A stretch of DNA of 64,000 nucleotides from Pirellulales bacterium (GTDB taxonomy: Bacteria > Planctomycetota > Planctomycetia > Pirellulales > PALSA-1355), in contig CAVTBU010000003.1 of assembly GCA_963733035.1 (NCBI GenBank), positions 21,635 to 85,634 on the forward strand. Direction: 5' to 3'. Shown piece by piece: positions 20,216-30,437 of the stretch. Made by a program: the position numbers and the translations under genes. Each line of letters starts with the position of its first letter. The stretch's first letter is position 1. Under the pieces are notes generated by a model. The model ran no database searches. It worked only from the letters and a program-made list of their open reading frames with translations, and was not told the origin of the DNA.

Positions 20216-21214
20216 TCAGGGAATCACGCAGTGTTTGCCTTGACACGTGTCGCGGCGCTGGAGTTCGGCTTCGAAGGCCATGCGCACGGCCGGTTTGTCG
20301 AGGCACCAGGCCGGTCCGACAAAATAATCCGGCGGTGCGTCGCCGCTGATGCGTTCGACCATCGTCGTGCGCGGCAACAGTTCGAGGAAGTCGACGAGCG
20401 TGTGGATGTATTCCTCGCGATCCATGAGCTGCACTTCGCCGCTGGCGACCTGCTCGGCCAGGGGGGTGTTCTTGACGGCGTAAAGGTTGTGAATCTTAAT
20501 GGCGTCGAGACCCAGCCGCGCGACTTCGCGAGCCGTCTCGAGCATGTCGGCATGCGATTCGCCGGGCAACCCAAGCATGATATGGGCGCAGATTTCGAAC
20601 GATCGGCCGCGGCTGCGGTTCATGGCGTCGATCATGGCATCGTGGTGGTGGCCGCGGTTCATCCAGTCGAGCGACCGGTCGTGCATGGTTTGCATGCCAT
20701 ATTCGACGGAGAGATAGGTGCGGCGTCCGATCTCGTCGAGCAATTCGAGCACGTCGTCCGCGACGCAGTCGGGCCGGGTGCCGACGGCCATCCCGACGAT
20801 TGCCGGATGTGCGAGCGCCTCTTCGTAAACCTCGCGCAGGCGGTCGAGGGGGGCATAGGTGTTTGTGGCGGGCTGGAAATACGCGAGGAATTGCTCCACT
20901 TTGCGGTACCGCAGGCGGAGTTGCCGGATGCCGGCGTCGATTTGGTCGCGAATGTCCCGCCGCGACACGCGACGGCTGGGGCTGAAACTGCGATTGTCGC
21001 AGAATGTGCAGCCACCGGTGGCTACCGTGCCGTCGACGTTTGGACAAGTAAACCTGGCGTCGATGCTGACCTTTTGGACGCGGCCGCCGAATTTCTGCCG
21101 CAGGAAGTGGTTGTAGCCGTAGTAGCGTAGCCCGGCTGCGTGCCAGTCGAACGTCGGGGAGGCGGAACCGCGAGGGGTCGGGTGCCTGCCGTTTGGGCAA
21201 AGGGGGATAGCCAC
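20216..21214 (-). CDS. Radical SAM protein, YhcC/TIGR01212-like
   Basis: FTCPNVDG...GGCTFC, YFQPATNTY, GTRPDC, HIMLGLPGE and IKIHNL. Start uncertain. Confidence 0.9.
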   Translation of the reverse strand: MAIPLCPNGRHPTPRGSASPTFDWHAAGLRYYGYNHFLRQKFGGRVQKVSIDARFTCPNVDGTVATGGCTFCDNRSFSPSRRVSRRDIRDQIDAGIRQLRLRYRKVEQFLAYFQPATNTYAPLDRLREVYEEALAHPAIVGMAVGTRPDCVADDVLELLDEIGRRTYLSVEYGMQTMHDRSLDWMNRGHHHDAMIDAMNRSRGRSFEICAHIMLGLPGESHADMLETAREVARLGLDAIKIHNLYAVKNTPLAEQVASGEVQLMDREEYIHTLVDFLELLPRTTMVERISGDAPPDYFVGPAWCLDKPAVRMAFEAELQRRDTCQGKHCVIP

Positions 21215-21252
21215 AAACCCTTACCTTGTGGTGAGTTATTGACGAAAAATGG

Positions 21253-21281
21253 TTGACTGCCAAGGGGCGGGTATCTACACT
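21253..21281 (+). promoter_or_regulatory. Sigma70-like promoter upstream of the FHA gene
   Basis: TTGACT (21253-21258), 17-bp spacer, TACACT (21276-21281). Confidence 0.6.
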
Positions 21282-21349
21282 TCAAGTTAAGACTCCCCGC
21301 ACGATCATAAGTCTTGTAAATAGGTGTCACAAGGTAAAGACGGACAGAC

Positions 21350-21838
21350 ATGCACGGCGAACTAGTTCCCCTTGGAGGAGGCGACCCGATCCCGTTGCTC
21401 AAGAAGAACCTGCTGGTCGGACGTCGCGAGAGCTGCGACATCGTCTTGCGGTTCTCGAATGTTTCGGCCCACCACTGCCAGTTGTACTGCAACGGCGGTT
21501 ATTGGTACGTCAAGGATCTGCAAAGCCGAAACGGGATCAAGGTCAACGGATTGCGAGTCACGGAAAAACGGCTCGATCCGGGCGACGAGCTCTCGGTCGC
21601 CAAGCATCGCTACGACGTTCGGTATTCGCCGTTCGACCTGGGGGCCATTGGGCCGCCACCGGTCGACGACGAGACCACGAACGTGATGAAACAGTCGCTG
21701 CTGGAGCGCGCCGGCCTGGAGTATCGGTCGAGCAGCAAGCCGTCATCCGCTCCCAAACAGCCGAAGAGAATGGGCGAGCGGTTCGATATTCTCGACGACA
21801 GCGAAGGCCAGATCAAAGATCCGAACCGCCCCGTGTAG
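21350..21838 (+). CDS. FHA domain-containing protein
   Basis: VGRRESCDI, VSAHHC and DLQSRNGIKVNG are the conserved GR, S..H and NG motifs of FHA domains. Confidence 0.9.
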   Translation: MHGELVPLGGGDPIPLLKKNLLVGRRESCDIVLRFSNVSAHHCQLYCNGGYWYVKDLQSRNGIKVNGLRVTEKRLDPGDELSVAKHRYDVRYSPFDLGAIGPPPVDDETTNVMKQSLLERAGLEYRSSSKPSSAPKQPKRMGERFDILDDSEGQIKDPNRPV

Positions 21839-21857
21839 GATTCAAGGAGCCCCTATG

Positions 21858-21940
21858 GGATCAAGGGTGAAGGGTGAACGCCGACGGAACCTCGATGCGG
21901 TTCGGTTGCCGGGTCGGTTTTCACCCCTCAGCCTTTATCC
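21858..21940. repeat. Inverted pair of 3x heptamer tandem repeats (GGNTGAA-like)
   Basis: GGATCAA-GGGTGAA-GGGTGAA at 21858-21878 and TTCACCC-CTCAGCC-TTTATCC at 21920-21940. Confidence 0.6.
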
Positions 21941-21959
21941 TGTAGGACGTCCTCTCTGA

Positions 21960-23090
21960 ATGGCGGCCAAAAAAAAGCAGAAGATTCGGGCTCAGTTTCG
22001 CAAGAACCGTGCGGAGCGGGCTCGGAGTGACGAATGGACGCGTCGATTCCGCGCCGAAGGGGCCGAAGGGGTCGATGACGCCGCGCTGGCCGAACGCATC
22101 AGTGGCAAGGGCGAGCTCAATCGTCGCCGCACGGTTTTGGTCGAACTTGCCGCAGGCGACGCGGCAGCGCAGCTCGACGTTGACGACTCGCTGGTCAAGT
22201 TGGGGCGTGTGTTGGCCGTCCAGGGTTTGTTGAGCACTGTTCAGGCCGAAGACGGCGCCGTGTTCATGTGCGCCACGCGGCGGCTGCTGAAGACAATGGC
22301 CACCGACGAACGCCACGTGGTCGCGGCCGGCGACTTCGTGATGTTTCGGCCGGTTACGGCCGACGAGGGTATCATCGAACGGGTTGAACCCCGCAAAACG
22401 GTGCTCAGCCGTGCGACGCGTGGTCGCCAGCACATTTTGGTGGCCAATGCCGACCAGCTTCTGATTGTCGGCAGCGCGGCCGAACCTTACCTGAAACCGC
22501 ACCTGATCGATCGGTTCTTGATCAGCGCCCACCAGACCGGTCTGCGGCCCTTGATCTGCATCAACAAAATCGACCTGGTCGATCCGGCTTCACTGGCGCC
22601 GCTGGTGGGCACCTATAGTCAAATGGGCTACCGCGTGCTGATGCTCTCGGCAGCAACCGGCTTTGGCATCGACCGCTTGCGACAGGAGTTGAACGGGCGT
22701 GCTAGCGTCGTGGCGGGGCAAAGCGGCGTCGGCAAATCGTCGCTGTTGAACGCCGTGGACCCGGCGCTCGTGCTGCGCACCGCTGCGGTCAGCACCGAAA
22801 CGCAAAAGGGACGGCACACGACGACTACGGCCCGGCTGTGGCCCCTTTCGACGGGCGGCTACGTCATCGATACGCCGGGAATCCGCCAGTTTCAATTGTG
22901 GGACGTGATCCCGGCGGAAGTGGCCGGCTATTTCCGCGATTTGCGCCCGTATATCAATCACTGCCGGTTTCCGAACTGCACGCATACCCATGAGTCGAAC
23001 TGCGCCGTGAAAAATGCCGTGGCCGACGGTTGGCTCGACCTGCGTCGATACGAAAGCTATTGCCAGTTATTTGCCGGAGATACCCAGTAA
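21960..23090 (+). CDS. rsgA: Small ribosomal subunit biogenesis GTPase RsgA
   Basis: Circularly permuted G motifs NKID, GQSGVGKSS, GRHTTT and DTPG, plus Zn site CRFPNCTHTHESNC. Confidence 0.95.
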   Translation: MAAKKKQKIRAQFRKNRAERARSDEWTRRFRAEGAEGVDDAALAERISGKGELNRRRTVLVELAAGDAAAQLDVDDSLVKLGRVLAVQGLLSTVQAEDGAVFMCATRRLLKTMATDERHVVAAGDFVMFRPVTADEGIIERVEPRKTVLSRATRGRQHILVANADQLLIVGSAAEPYLKPHLIDRFLISAHQTGLRPLICINKIDLVDPASLAPLVGTYSQMGYRVLMLSAATGFGIDRLRQELNGRASVVAGQSGVGKSSLLNAVDPALVLRTAAVSTETQKGRHTTTTARLWPLSTGGYVIDTPGIRQFQLWDVIPAEVAGYFRDLRPYINHCRFPNCTHTHESNCAVKNAVADGWLDLRRYESYCQLFAGDTQ

Positions 23091-23250
23091 CGACGAACCC
23101 CAGGCACCGCCAGACTGTCCAGCTAGTTGGTTTTACCCAGTGAACCAATTGCCATTTGCGGAGTAGAATTGAATACGTGGCCGAGCCGAAACGAGCTCGC
23201 ATCAGGCTACGTTGAACCCTTCAGGAACAACCAATAGGAAACGAGCGCCT

Positions 23251-24602
23251 GTGACAGAAAAAAACCGGGTTGAGAGCGTCGCCAGCGAGGCGGCCATTCT
23301 CGTCGGAGTGTTACTTCCACATCAAGAATTTCACGGCGATCCGCTGGAGGAATTGGAGGGGCTGGCCACGACGGCCGGTTCGCGCGTGGTTGGTCAATTG
23401 ACTCAACGCCGTCAGACGCCCGACATCACCACCTATCTTGGCAAGGGAAAGGTGGATGAACTCAAGCAACTGGTCGGAGCGACCGACGCCGATGTCGTGT
23501 TGTTCGACAACGATCTGACGCCCGCTCAAACCCGGAATCTCGAAGAAGCCTCCGGCATCAAGGTGCTCGATCGGAGCGAGCTGATTCTCGATATCTTCGC
23601 CAGCCGCGCGAGACGTACCAGGCCCGACTGGCCGTCGAGCTCGCGCAACTGCAATACTCGCTACCGCGGCTGAAGCAGATGTGGAATCACTTGTCGCGGC
23701 TCAAGATGGGCATCGGCATGCGTGGTCCTGGCGAGAAGCAGCTGGAAGTCGACCGCCGACTGGTCGAGAAGAAGATCAGCGAATTACGAGGCGAACTCAA
23801 GGCGATCGAACAGCGCAAGGAGCGCGAAGTTGCGGCCCGCAGCGAACGGATGACCGTTTCGTTGGTCGGCTACACGAACGCTGGCAAGAGCACGCTGCTC
23901 AACAAGCTCACGGGGGCCGACGTGCTGGCCGAGAACCGGCTGTTCGCGACGCTCGATACGCGGACCCGGCGGTGGCAACTTCCCGGCTGGGGACCGGTGC
24001 TGCTGAGCGATACAGTTGGTTTCATCCGCGACTTGCCCCACCATTTGATCGCCAGCTTCAAGGCCACGCTCGAAGAGGCACGGCATGCCGACCTGCTGCT
24101 GCACGTGGCCGATGCCAGCAATCCGGCGGCGCTGGAGCAGATTGCCGTGGTCTATCAGGTGCTCGAGGAGTTGGGCATCAAGGAGAAGGATACGCTGCTG
24201 GTGCTCAACAAGACCGACGCTACGGATCGAGGCCAGCTGGCAGCGCTTCGTAGTCGCTATCCGCACGGGCTGTCCGTCAGCGCCTACACCGGAGACGGCA
24301 TCGACAAGCTGTCCGCGGCCGTCAGCCAGGTGCTCAGCAACAACTTCCTCGACATCGACGTGGAAACCGGGGTGGAAAATGGCCGCTTGTTGGCGTTGCT
24401 TTCAAACCATGGCGAAGTGCTTTCCAAACGCTACACCGACTCTCGCGTGATCGTGCACTGCCGAATTCCAGAGCGCGCGATGGGACATCTCCGCGGCACG
24501 GGTGCGGACATCCGCCCGCATGGCCGTGCGGCGATGGGTTCGAACGGCGCAAACGGTCACGCACCGCCTCATTATGCCAACGGGCAGCAAGCCAGCCAGT
24601 AG
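23251..24602 (+). CDS. hflX: GTPase HflX (one frameshift at ~23612)
   Basis: LILDIFASRA continues as RTYQARLAVELAQLQYSLPRL after adding one base. Then RGPGEKQLE, GYTNAGKSTL, LFATLD, DTVGF and NKTD. Confidence 0.92.
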
Positions 24603-24690
24603 TCTGGCTCGCGGCGGCCCGCAATGAAAATCCAAGGCAAGTTGTGGCCCGGATTTCTTCATTGACCGGTGTGTCACTATATTGTTCCGC

Positions 24691-25473
24691 ATGGCACGTC
24701 GAGAAATCACAGGGCTACGCGGCATTCTGACTGGCGCTTCCAGTGGCATTGGTCGGGCGCTGGCCGTGGAACTGGTGCAACAGGGAGCACGACTCGTCGT
24801 GGTCGCCAGGCGGCAGGCGCGTTTGGACGAGCTGAAGCAGAGTCTGGCGGGCGCAACGGGGGAAATTCTGACGCTGGCCGCGGACGTGACGGAGCCGGTT
24901 GCGCAACGCGCCGCCATCGAGCGGGCCAAGGACGCCTTTGGGGGTCTCGATTTCGTCGTCAACAATGCCGGCGTCGGGGCGATGGGCCGATTCGAAGAGG
25001 CTTCTCCCGAGCGGCTGCGGCAGGTGATGGAAGTCAACTTCTTTGCCGCTGCCGAGCTGACGCGCGACGCGGTCCCACTACTGAAGCAGGGGCGTCACCC
25101 GATCGTGGTTAACGTGAGCAGCGTGTTGGGGCATCGCGGCGTGCCGGGCTACGCGGAGTATTGTGCCAGCAAGTTTGCTCTCGAGGGCTTCAGCCAATCC
25201 CTGCGAGCCGAGCTCGCCCCACAGGGGATCGACGTGCTGGTGGTGAGCCCCGCGCGAACTCGCACCGAGTTTTTTGAGCAAGCAATCGGCGCCGAGGCCA
25301 CGCCCTGGCCGCTGATAAAAGGCATGACCTCCGAGACAGTAGCCCGGCGGATCGTCCATGCGATGCGGCGGGGAAAGCATCAACTGATTATCAGCCTGGG
25401 CGGCAAAGCCTTGGTATGGGTCAGCCGATTGCTGCCGGGAATCGTCGACCGGATCTTAGCGCGGCACGGCTAA
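24691..25473 (+). CDS. Short-chain dehydrogenase/reductase
   Basis: TGASSGIG, NNAG and catalytic YCASK. Confidence 0.92.
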   Translation: MARREITGLRGILTGASSGIGRALAVELVQQGARLVVVARRQARLDELKQSLAGATGEILTLAADVTEPVAQRAAIERAKDAFGGLDFVVNNAGVGAMGRFEEASPERLRQVMEVNFFAAAELTRDAVPLLKQGRHPIVVNVSSVLGHRGVPGYAEYCASKFALEGFSQSLRAELAPQGIDVLVVSPARTRTEFFEQAIGAEATPWPLIKGMTSETVARRIVHAMRRGKHQLIISLGGKALVWVSRLLPGIVDRILARHG

Positions 25474-25658
25474 CCTGGCTGAAGGAGGCCTTTTTCGCTG
25501 GTTGAAAGGCCCTCCGCAACCCTCGGCGGCTGGGCTGACATCCGGAGGAATTTGCGTTATTCTAGGAGTTTGCGATCCTGGCGGAGCCTAACGCCGGGTT
25601 CGTTTGGTTCCCGCCCTCCCAGATTGCAGCCAACCGATCTCCCCAAGGAGCCCTTCCG

Positions 25659-27116
25659 ATGTCGAAGCGTACACGACGCCAGTTTCTGGAAGATTCGATG
25701 TTTGCGGCGGCAGCCGCAGTTGCGGCCAGTCCGGCCACCGCGGCGTTTGCAGCCGAGAAGGCCCCTAGCGACAGCCCGAGCGAAAAGCTGGGCGTGGCCG
25801 TGGTTGGTTGCGGCGGGCGCGGCGGCTCACACTTGGATGCCTTTGCCAGCCGCCCGGACAGCGAAGTTCTGTACGTCGTCGACGTGGACGAAAACACCGC
25901 CAAACGTCGCGCCAAGTACGTCACCGAAAAGCAGGGACGCGAGCCGAAGATCGTGGCCGATATGCGAGACGCGTTTGACGATCCGGCCGTCGACATTGTG
26001 ACGACGGCCACTCCCAACCACTGGCACTCCTTGGTGGCCATCTGGGCGATGCAGGCGGGCAAGGATGTGTATGTCGAAAAGCCGGTGAGCCACAACGTGA
26101 GTGAAGGACGCCGCGCGGTGGAAGCGGCTCGCAAATACAACCGCATCTGCCAGACCGGGACACAGTGCCGGTCGAACAAGGGCATGCAGGATGCGATGCA
26201 GTACATTCACGACGGCAAGCTTGGCAAGGTCAACGTCGCCCGGGGATTGTGCTACAAACGCCGTCCTTCGATCGGCGCCAGGGGAGACTACCCGGTGCCG
26301 AAGGAGGTGAACTACGACCTGTGGTTGGGACCAGCGCCGATCGCACCCGTCACGCGTCCGCGGTTTCACTACGATTGGCACTGGCAGTGGCCGTACGGCA
26401 ATGGCGACCTCGGCAACCAGGGGATCCACCAGATGGACCTCTGCCGGTGGGCCCTGGGCGTTGACCGCTTGAGCGATTGGGTGCTGAGCTACGGTGGCCG
26501 CGTCGGCTACGAAGACGCCGGCGACACCGCCAACACCCAGATGATCGTGCACGGCTACGGCGATCAGGCTCTGGTGTTTGAAGTGCGTGGGCTGGTAACC
26601 GAACCGTATAAGGGCGCCAACGTCGGCATCATCATTGAAGGCGCCGACGGCTACCTTGTGATGACCAGCTACGACGACGGAGCCGCCTTTGATCCGGACG
26701 GCAAGATCGTGCAGGAATTCACCGGCGGCGGCGATCACTTTGGTAACTTCGTCGCGGCCGTGCGTAGCCGCAATCATGAGGATCTGAACGCCGACATCGA
26801 GGAGGGGCACCTCTCGAGCGCCTTGTGCCACCTGGGTAACATTTCCTACCGCTTGGGCGAGCCGCTGTCGGTGCCGCAGATTGAAGAGCGGTTGCAGGAT
26901 CTCAAGTCCGCCGAGCACGCGGTGGCGAGCTACGAGCGATTTAAGGAACATCTGGCACACAACAAGCTCGACCTGGATACGCTCAAACTCGGCTATGGCG
27001 TAAAGCTGGACTTCGACCCGGCCAGCGAGACCTTCAAGGATAATTCGCAAGCCGATGCGATGCTGACCCGGGAGTATCGGGCGCCGTTCGTGGTGCCGGC
27101 CAAAGGCCAGGTATAG
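25659..27116 (+). CDS. Tat-exported Gfo/Idh/MocA oxidoreductase
   Basis: Twin-arginine TRRQFL signal, GCGGRG, ATPNHWH, DVYVEKP and NQGIHQMD. AAGGAG RBS. Confidence 0.92.
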   Translation: MSKRTRRQFLEDSMFAAAAAVAASPATAAFAAEKAPSDSPSEKLGVAVVGCGGRGGSHLDAFASRPDSEVLYVVDVDENTAKRRAKYVTEKQGREPKIVADMRDAFDDPAVDIVTTATPNHWHSLVAIWAMQAGKDVYVEKPVSHNVSEGRRAVEAARKYNRICQTGTQCRSNKGMQDAMQYIHDGKLGKVNVARGLCYKRRPSIGARGDYPVPKEVNYDLWLGPAPIAPVTRPRFHYDWHWQWPYGNGDLGNQGIHQMDLCRWALGVDRLSDWVLSYGGRVGYEDAGDTANTQMIVHGYGDQALVFEVRGLVTEPYKGANVGIIIEGADGYLVMTSYDDGAAFDPDGKIVQEFTGGGDHFGNFVAAVRSRNHEDLNADIEEGHLSSALCHLGNISYRLGEPLSVPQIEERLQDLKSAEHAVASYERFKEHLAHNKLDLDTLKLGYGVKLDFDPASETFKDNSQADAMLTREYRAPFVVPAKGQV

Positions 27117-27133
27117 TCGAACAAACGAATCGA

Positions 27134-27178
27134 GGAGGAAGGCTGGAGGATACATCGTCCTTCAGCCTTTCTTTATTT
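27134..27178 (+). terminator. Intrinsic terminator-like hairpin built from heptamer repeats
   Basis: AAGGCTGGAGGA / TCCTTCAGCCTT stem followed by TCTTTATTT. Confidence 0.6.
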
Positions 27179-27179
27179 C

Positions 27180-27968
27180 ATGGCGACATCAGAACCTGGT
27201 TTTGGGATTCTGTTCGAGGACGAGCATGTCTTGGCGGTCAACAAGCCAACCGGCATTACCACGCAGGCACCGCGGGCGATTGAGAGTCTGGAGTCCCGTA
27301 TCCGGCGGTACCTGGCCGCAGCGGACCGCTCGACGGAAGAGGTGTATCTCGGAATTCCGCACCGGCTCGATCGGCCGGTATCCGGCGTGATGGTGTTTGC
27401 CAAGACGCGCCGCGCGGCGCGCCGGCTTTCCAAGCAGTTCGCGCGGCGCCGCGTGAAGAAAGTTTACTGGACCTGCGTCGAGCGAACGGTCGAGCCGCTG
27501 GATGGAACCTGGGTCGACTTTCTCTACAAGTTTCATGGTCAACCGAAGACGGCCGTGGTCGAGGCCACGCATCCGGACTCGCAAGAGGCGATTTTGCATT
27601 ACCGCACGCGAGGCTTTCACCAGGCCGGGTCGTGGCTGGAGATTGAACTCGAGACCGGGAGAACGCACCAGATTCGCGTGCAGTCGTCGACGCGGGGACA
27701 CCCGGTGCTCGGCGACGAAATGTATGGTGCGAGGATCCCGTTTGGGCCCTATCACGACGACGAGCGACAGCGATTGATTGCGCTGCACGCGCGGTCGCTG
27801 ACGTTCTTTCACCCGTTGAGCAAGGAGGCGATGACGCTGGAAGCGCCCTTGGGTGACGCTTGGGCGGCACTGACGTTAACGCGGCGTAACGGTGTGGGGT
27901 GTGGCGCGGGTGAGTTGGCAACTGGTACCGAGAGACGCGAGGAGCTTCCCGACAAAACGGGGGGCTGA
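27180..27968 (+). CDS. RluA-family pseudouridine synthase
   Basis: VNKPTG, catalytic HRLDRPVSG, TGRTHQIRV, GHPVLGDEMYG and LHARSL. Confidence 0.93.
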   Translation: MATSEPGFGILFEDEHVLAVNKPTGITTQAPRAIESLESRIRRYLAAADRSTEEVYLGIPHRLDRPVSGVMVFAKTRRAARRLSKQFARRRVKKVYWTCVERTVEPLDGTWVDFLYKFHGQPKTAVVEATHPDSQEAILHYRTRGFHQAGSWLEIELETGRTHQIRVQSSTRGHPVLGDEMYGARIPFGPYHDDERQRLIALHARSLTFFHPLSKEAMTLEAPLGDAWAALTLTRRNGVGCGAGELATGTERREELPDKTGG

Positions 27969-27990
27969 AGGCGTGAGCATCGCCGGGACG

Positions 27991-29408
27991 TCAGGTGATC
28001 CATCCCAGCGAATGCAGGAAGTTCCACAACCACGGGTGCGTCCATGGATTCCATGTCGGATAGCTAGCCGACATGACGCTCAGCGCCAGCAGCACCGAGG
28101 CAAATACCTGAGCGGCGCGACAACATGCCAGCCGGTCGGCGGCCGGCAAGAGGGCCACGAGCCAGAGCGGCGCGAACCAGAACATCCAGCGAAAGCCGCT
28201 CGTCATGCCGCCGTAGTTGCGATCGATTTCCGGCCGCAGCATGTAGAACGTCAGGCAGACGACCGACAACAGCCCGATGAAGATCGCCAGCGCCGGTAAA
28301 TCGCGGCGCCACAGCAGCCATAGTCCCCATACGCTCAGCAGCCAAATGGGTGTCAGCGAGAAGATTCCATGATGGCCAATCGTGGAATGCAGGACGTAGG
28401 TGCCCAGGCACGGCTCGCCACGATCAATTCCCTGTGGATTCCGCCAGTAGCTGTCGCGCAGTTTCCCACCCCGCATGTAAGAGTAGTCGTACCAGTTGTC
28501 CTCGGGGATTGTCGCGCTGCGGTGCATGTAAGGGGGCGCAGGCTGCCGTGCGCCAGATAGTTCGTCCCCAGAGCGGCCGCCGCGACGATGAGCGCCGGCG
28601 GCGCGAAAGCAACGAGCGCCGGTCGCGGACATTTCCAGAGCAATACTGCGCCGGTTAGCGCAAACAGCGACAGAGCGGGCAATTCGTTGGTGACCGCCAG
28701 TGCCGAGAAGAAACCAGCCAGCACAAAGTATCGTCGTCGCCGCTCGCCGTCGTACCAGATGCGCACGAGCGCCCAAAGCACGACGGCAGCGCAGACGGCG
28801 GCGGGCAGATGGTTGTTGATCGATACGGCAAACGTCGTGAGAAACGTGCCAAAGCAGGCGGCGGCAACCATGAACATGCGGCCGAAGTCTGTCGTGCCGA
28901 GGCGTTCGGCCAACAGCGCGAGCACGAAGAAATAGAGCACCAGCGGCACGACGTTGAACAGCACCAGCAGCGAGCGGCCGACCTCGTACGGGTATTCGCC
29001 GAGCGTGGCGCCAGTCGTGTGGTGGATCAGCCAATAGGGGCCCGCCATCACCGTGGCGAAAAGGGGGGGCTTGCTCGAGTACTGGTGTAGCTGGCCGTCC
29101 CACCCTCGATGTTGCACCATGTCGATGGTGTCCCAGCCGCGCTCTTGGATCACATCGTCGATCGTATAGGTGCCGTGTTCAACCAGTGCTCGGACCGTAG
29201 CCCAGCGGCTGCGATCGTTGGCGCTCAGGAAAGGCCGCTGTCGCTGCCAGTCCTTGCGTCCCTCGCGATAGAGCTGGGCTTCGACGGCAATCACGTCCAC
29301 GGAACTGACGGCCAGGATGCGACCGAGCATGGCACCGGTCGACAACGCGATGAGCAACAGATACACGCCCCAGCGGAGCGGGCGCGTCGGGTCGCTGGTT
29401 TCATTCAT
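27991..29408 (-). CDS. Polytopic membrane protein, possible GT-C-type glycosyltransferase (one frameshift at ~28534)
   Basis: ORF 28353..29408 joins ORF 27991..29103 when one base is added to the G5 run 28532-28536 (LRPPYMHRS). N-terminal TM followed by an acidic loop (SANDRSRW, DTIDMV, YSSKPP) and many TM helices. Confidence 0.65.
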
Positions 29409-30382
29409 GAGGCGTGGGCGTGGCGCGGTCGGCGTGCTCGGGCGTGCGCTCGGCCACCGAGTAGGTGTCGGTGTCGCGCACCTGGTAGGCGGTGATTAAC
29501 TCGGCCAAAAAGCCCATCGACATGAGCTGCGCCGAGCAACAAGGCTCCCAGAGAATAGAGTACCGCCGGCCGCTGGTGCAAGGGCGTGATTTCCCAGCCT
29601 GGAATGGTATGGCCCAGCACCCAATTGACGGCCAGCGCCGCCATGCCCAGGAAGCCAAGCGTGAACGAAATCACTCCGATCGTGCCCAGCACGTGCTGCG
29701 GGCGCTGGCCGAAACCGGTGAGGAACTTCACGGTGAGCAGGTCGAGAAAGCCCTTCATGATCCGCCGCACGCCGTACTTCGATTGTCCGAACTTGCGGGG
29801 ACGATGATGAATGGCGATTTCGCCCACGGAAAAGCCACGCGCCGCGGCCAGCACCGGGACGAAGCGATGTAATTCGCCGTACAGCCGCACTTCGCCCAGC
29901 ACGCTGCGGCGGTAGCATTTCATGCCGCAGTTGTGATCGTGCAATCGCACGCCCGTCATCCAACTGACCAGGGCGTTGAAGGCCCGCGAGGGATAGACCT
30001 TGTGCCAGGGATCGTGGCGCACCTGCTTCCAGCCGCTGACGACGTCGAGCTCCTCGGACATCGCCGCGAGGAAACGGGGGATTTCGTGCGGATCGTCCTG
30101 CAAGTCGGCGTCAAGCGTCATCACCAACTCGCCGCGCACTGCCCGAAAGCCGGCCGACAGCGCGGCAGCCTTGCCAAAGTTGCGACGGAAGCGAATGCCC
30201 CGCACGCGCGAATCCTGGGCTGCTAAACGGCGGATAACACTCCACGAGCCGTCCTTTGAACCGTCATCAATGAAGATGATTTCAAGATCATAGTCGCCCG
30301 CACGCGCAACTTCGTCGAGCTCCTGGTGCAAGAGTTCGAGGCTTTCGCGTTCGTTGAAGACGGGGATGACGATCGACAACAT
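29401..30382 (-). CDS. GT2 polyprenol-phosphate glycosyltransferase (ArnC/GtrB-like; frameshift at ~29530)
   Basis: SIVIPVFNE, DDGSKD, RRNFGKAAAL, DADLQDDP, HDHNCG and ELHRF. The corrected C-terminus QLMSMGFLAELI...PHE overlaps the next gene's start. Confidence 0.9.
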
Positions 30383-30437
30383 CGACTTGCCGGGTCGGGA
30401 GGAGGGAGTCACGGGCCGTCGACGGCGTTGGGGGCGC

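Noticed and set aside
23600..23680. Programmed ribosomal frameshifting in hflX or the other split genes
   Set aside because: No slippery heptamer or stimulatory element seen at the junctions. Nine unrelated genes share the pattern, which favours assembly error.
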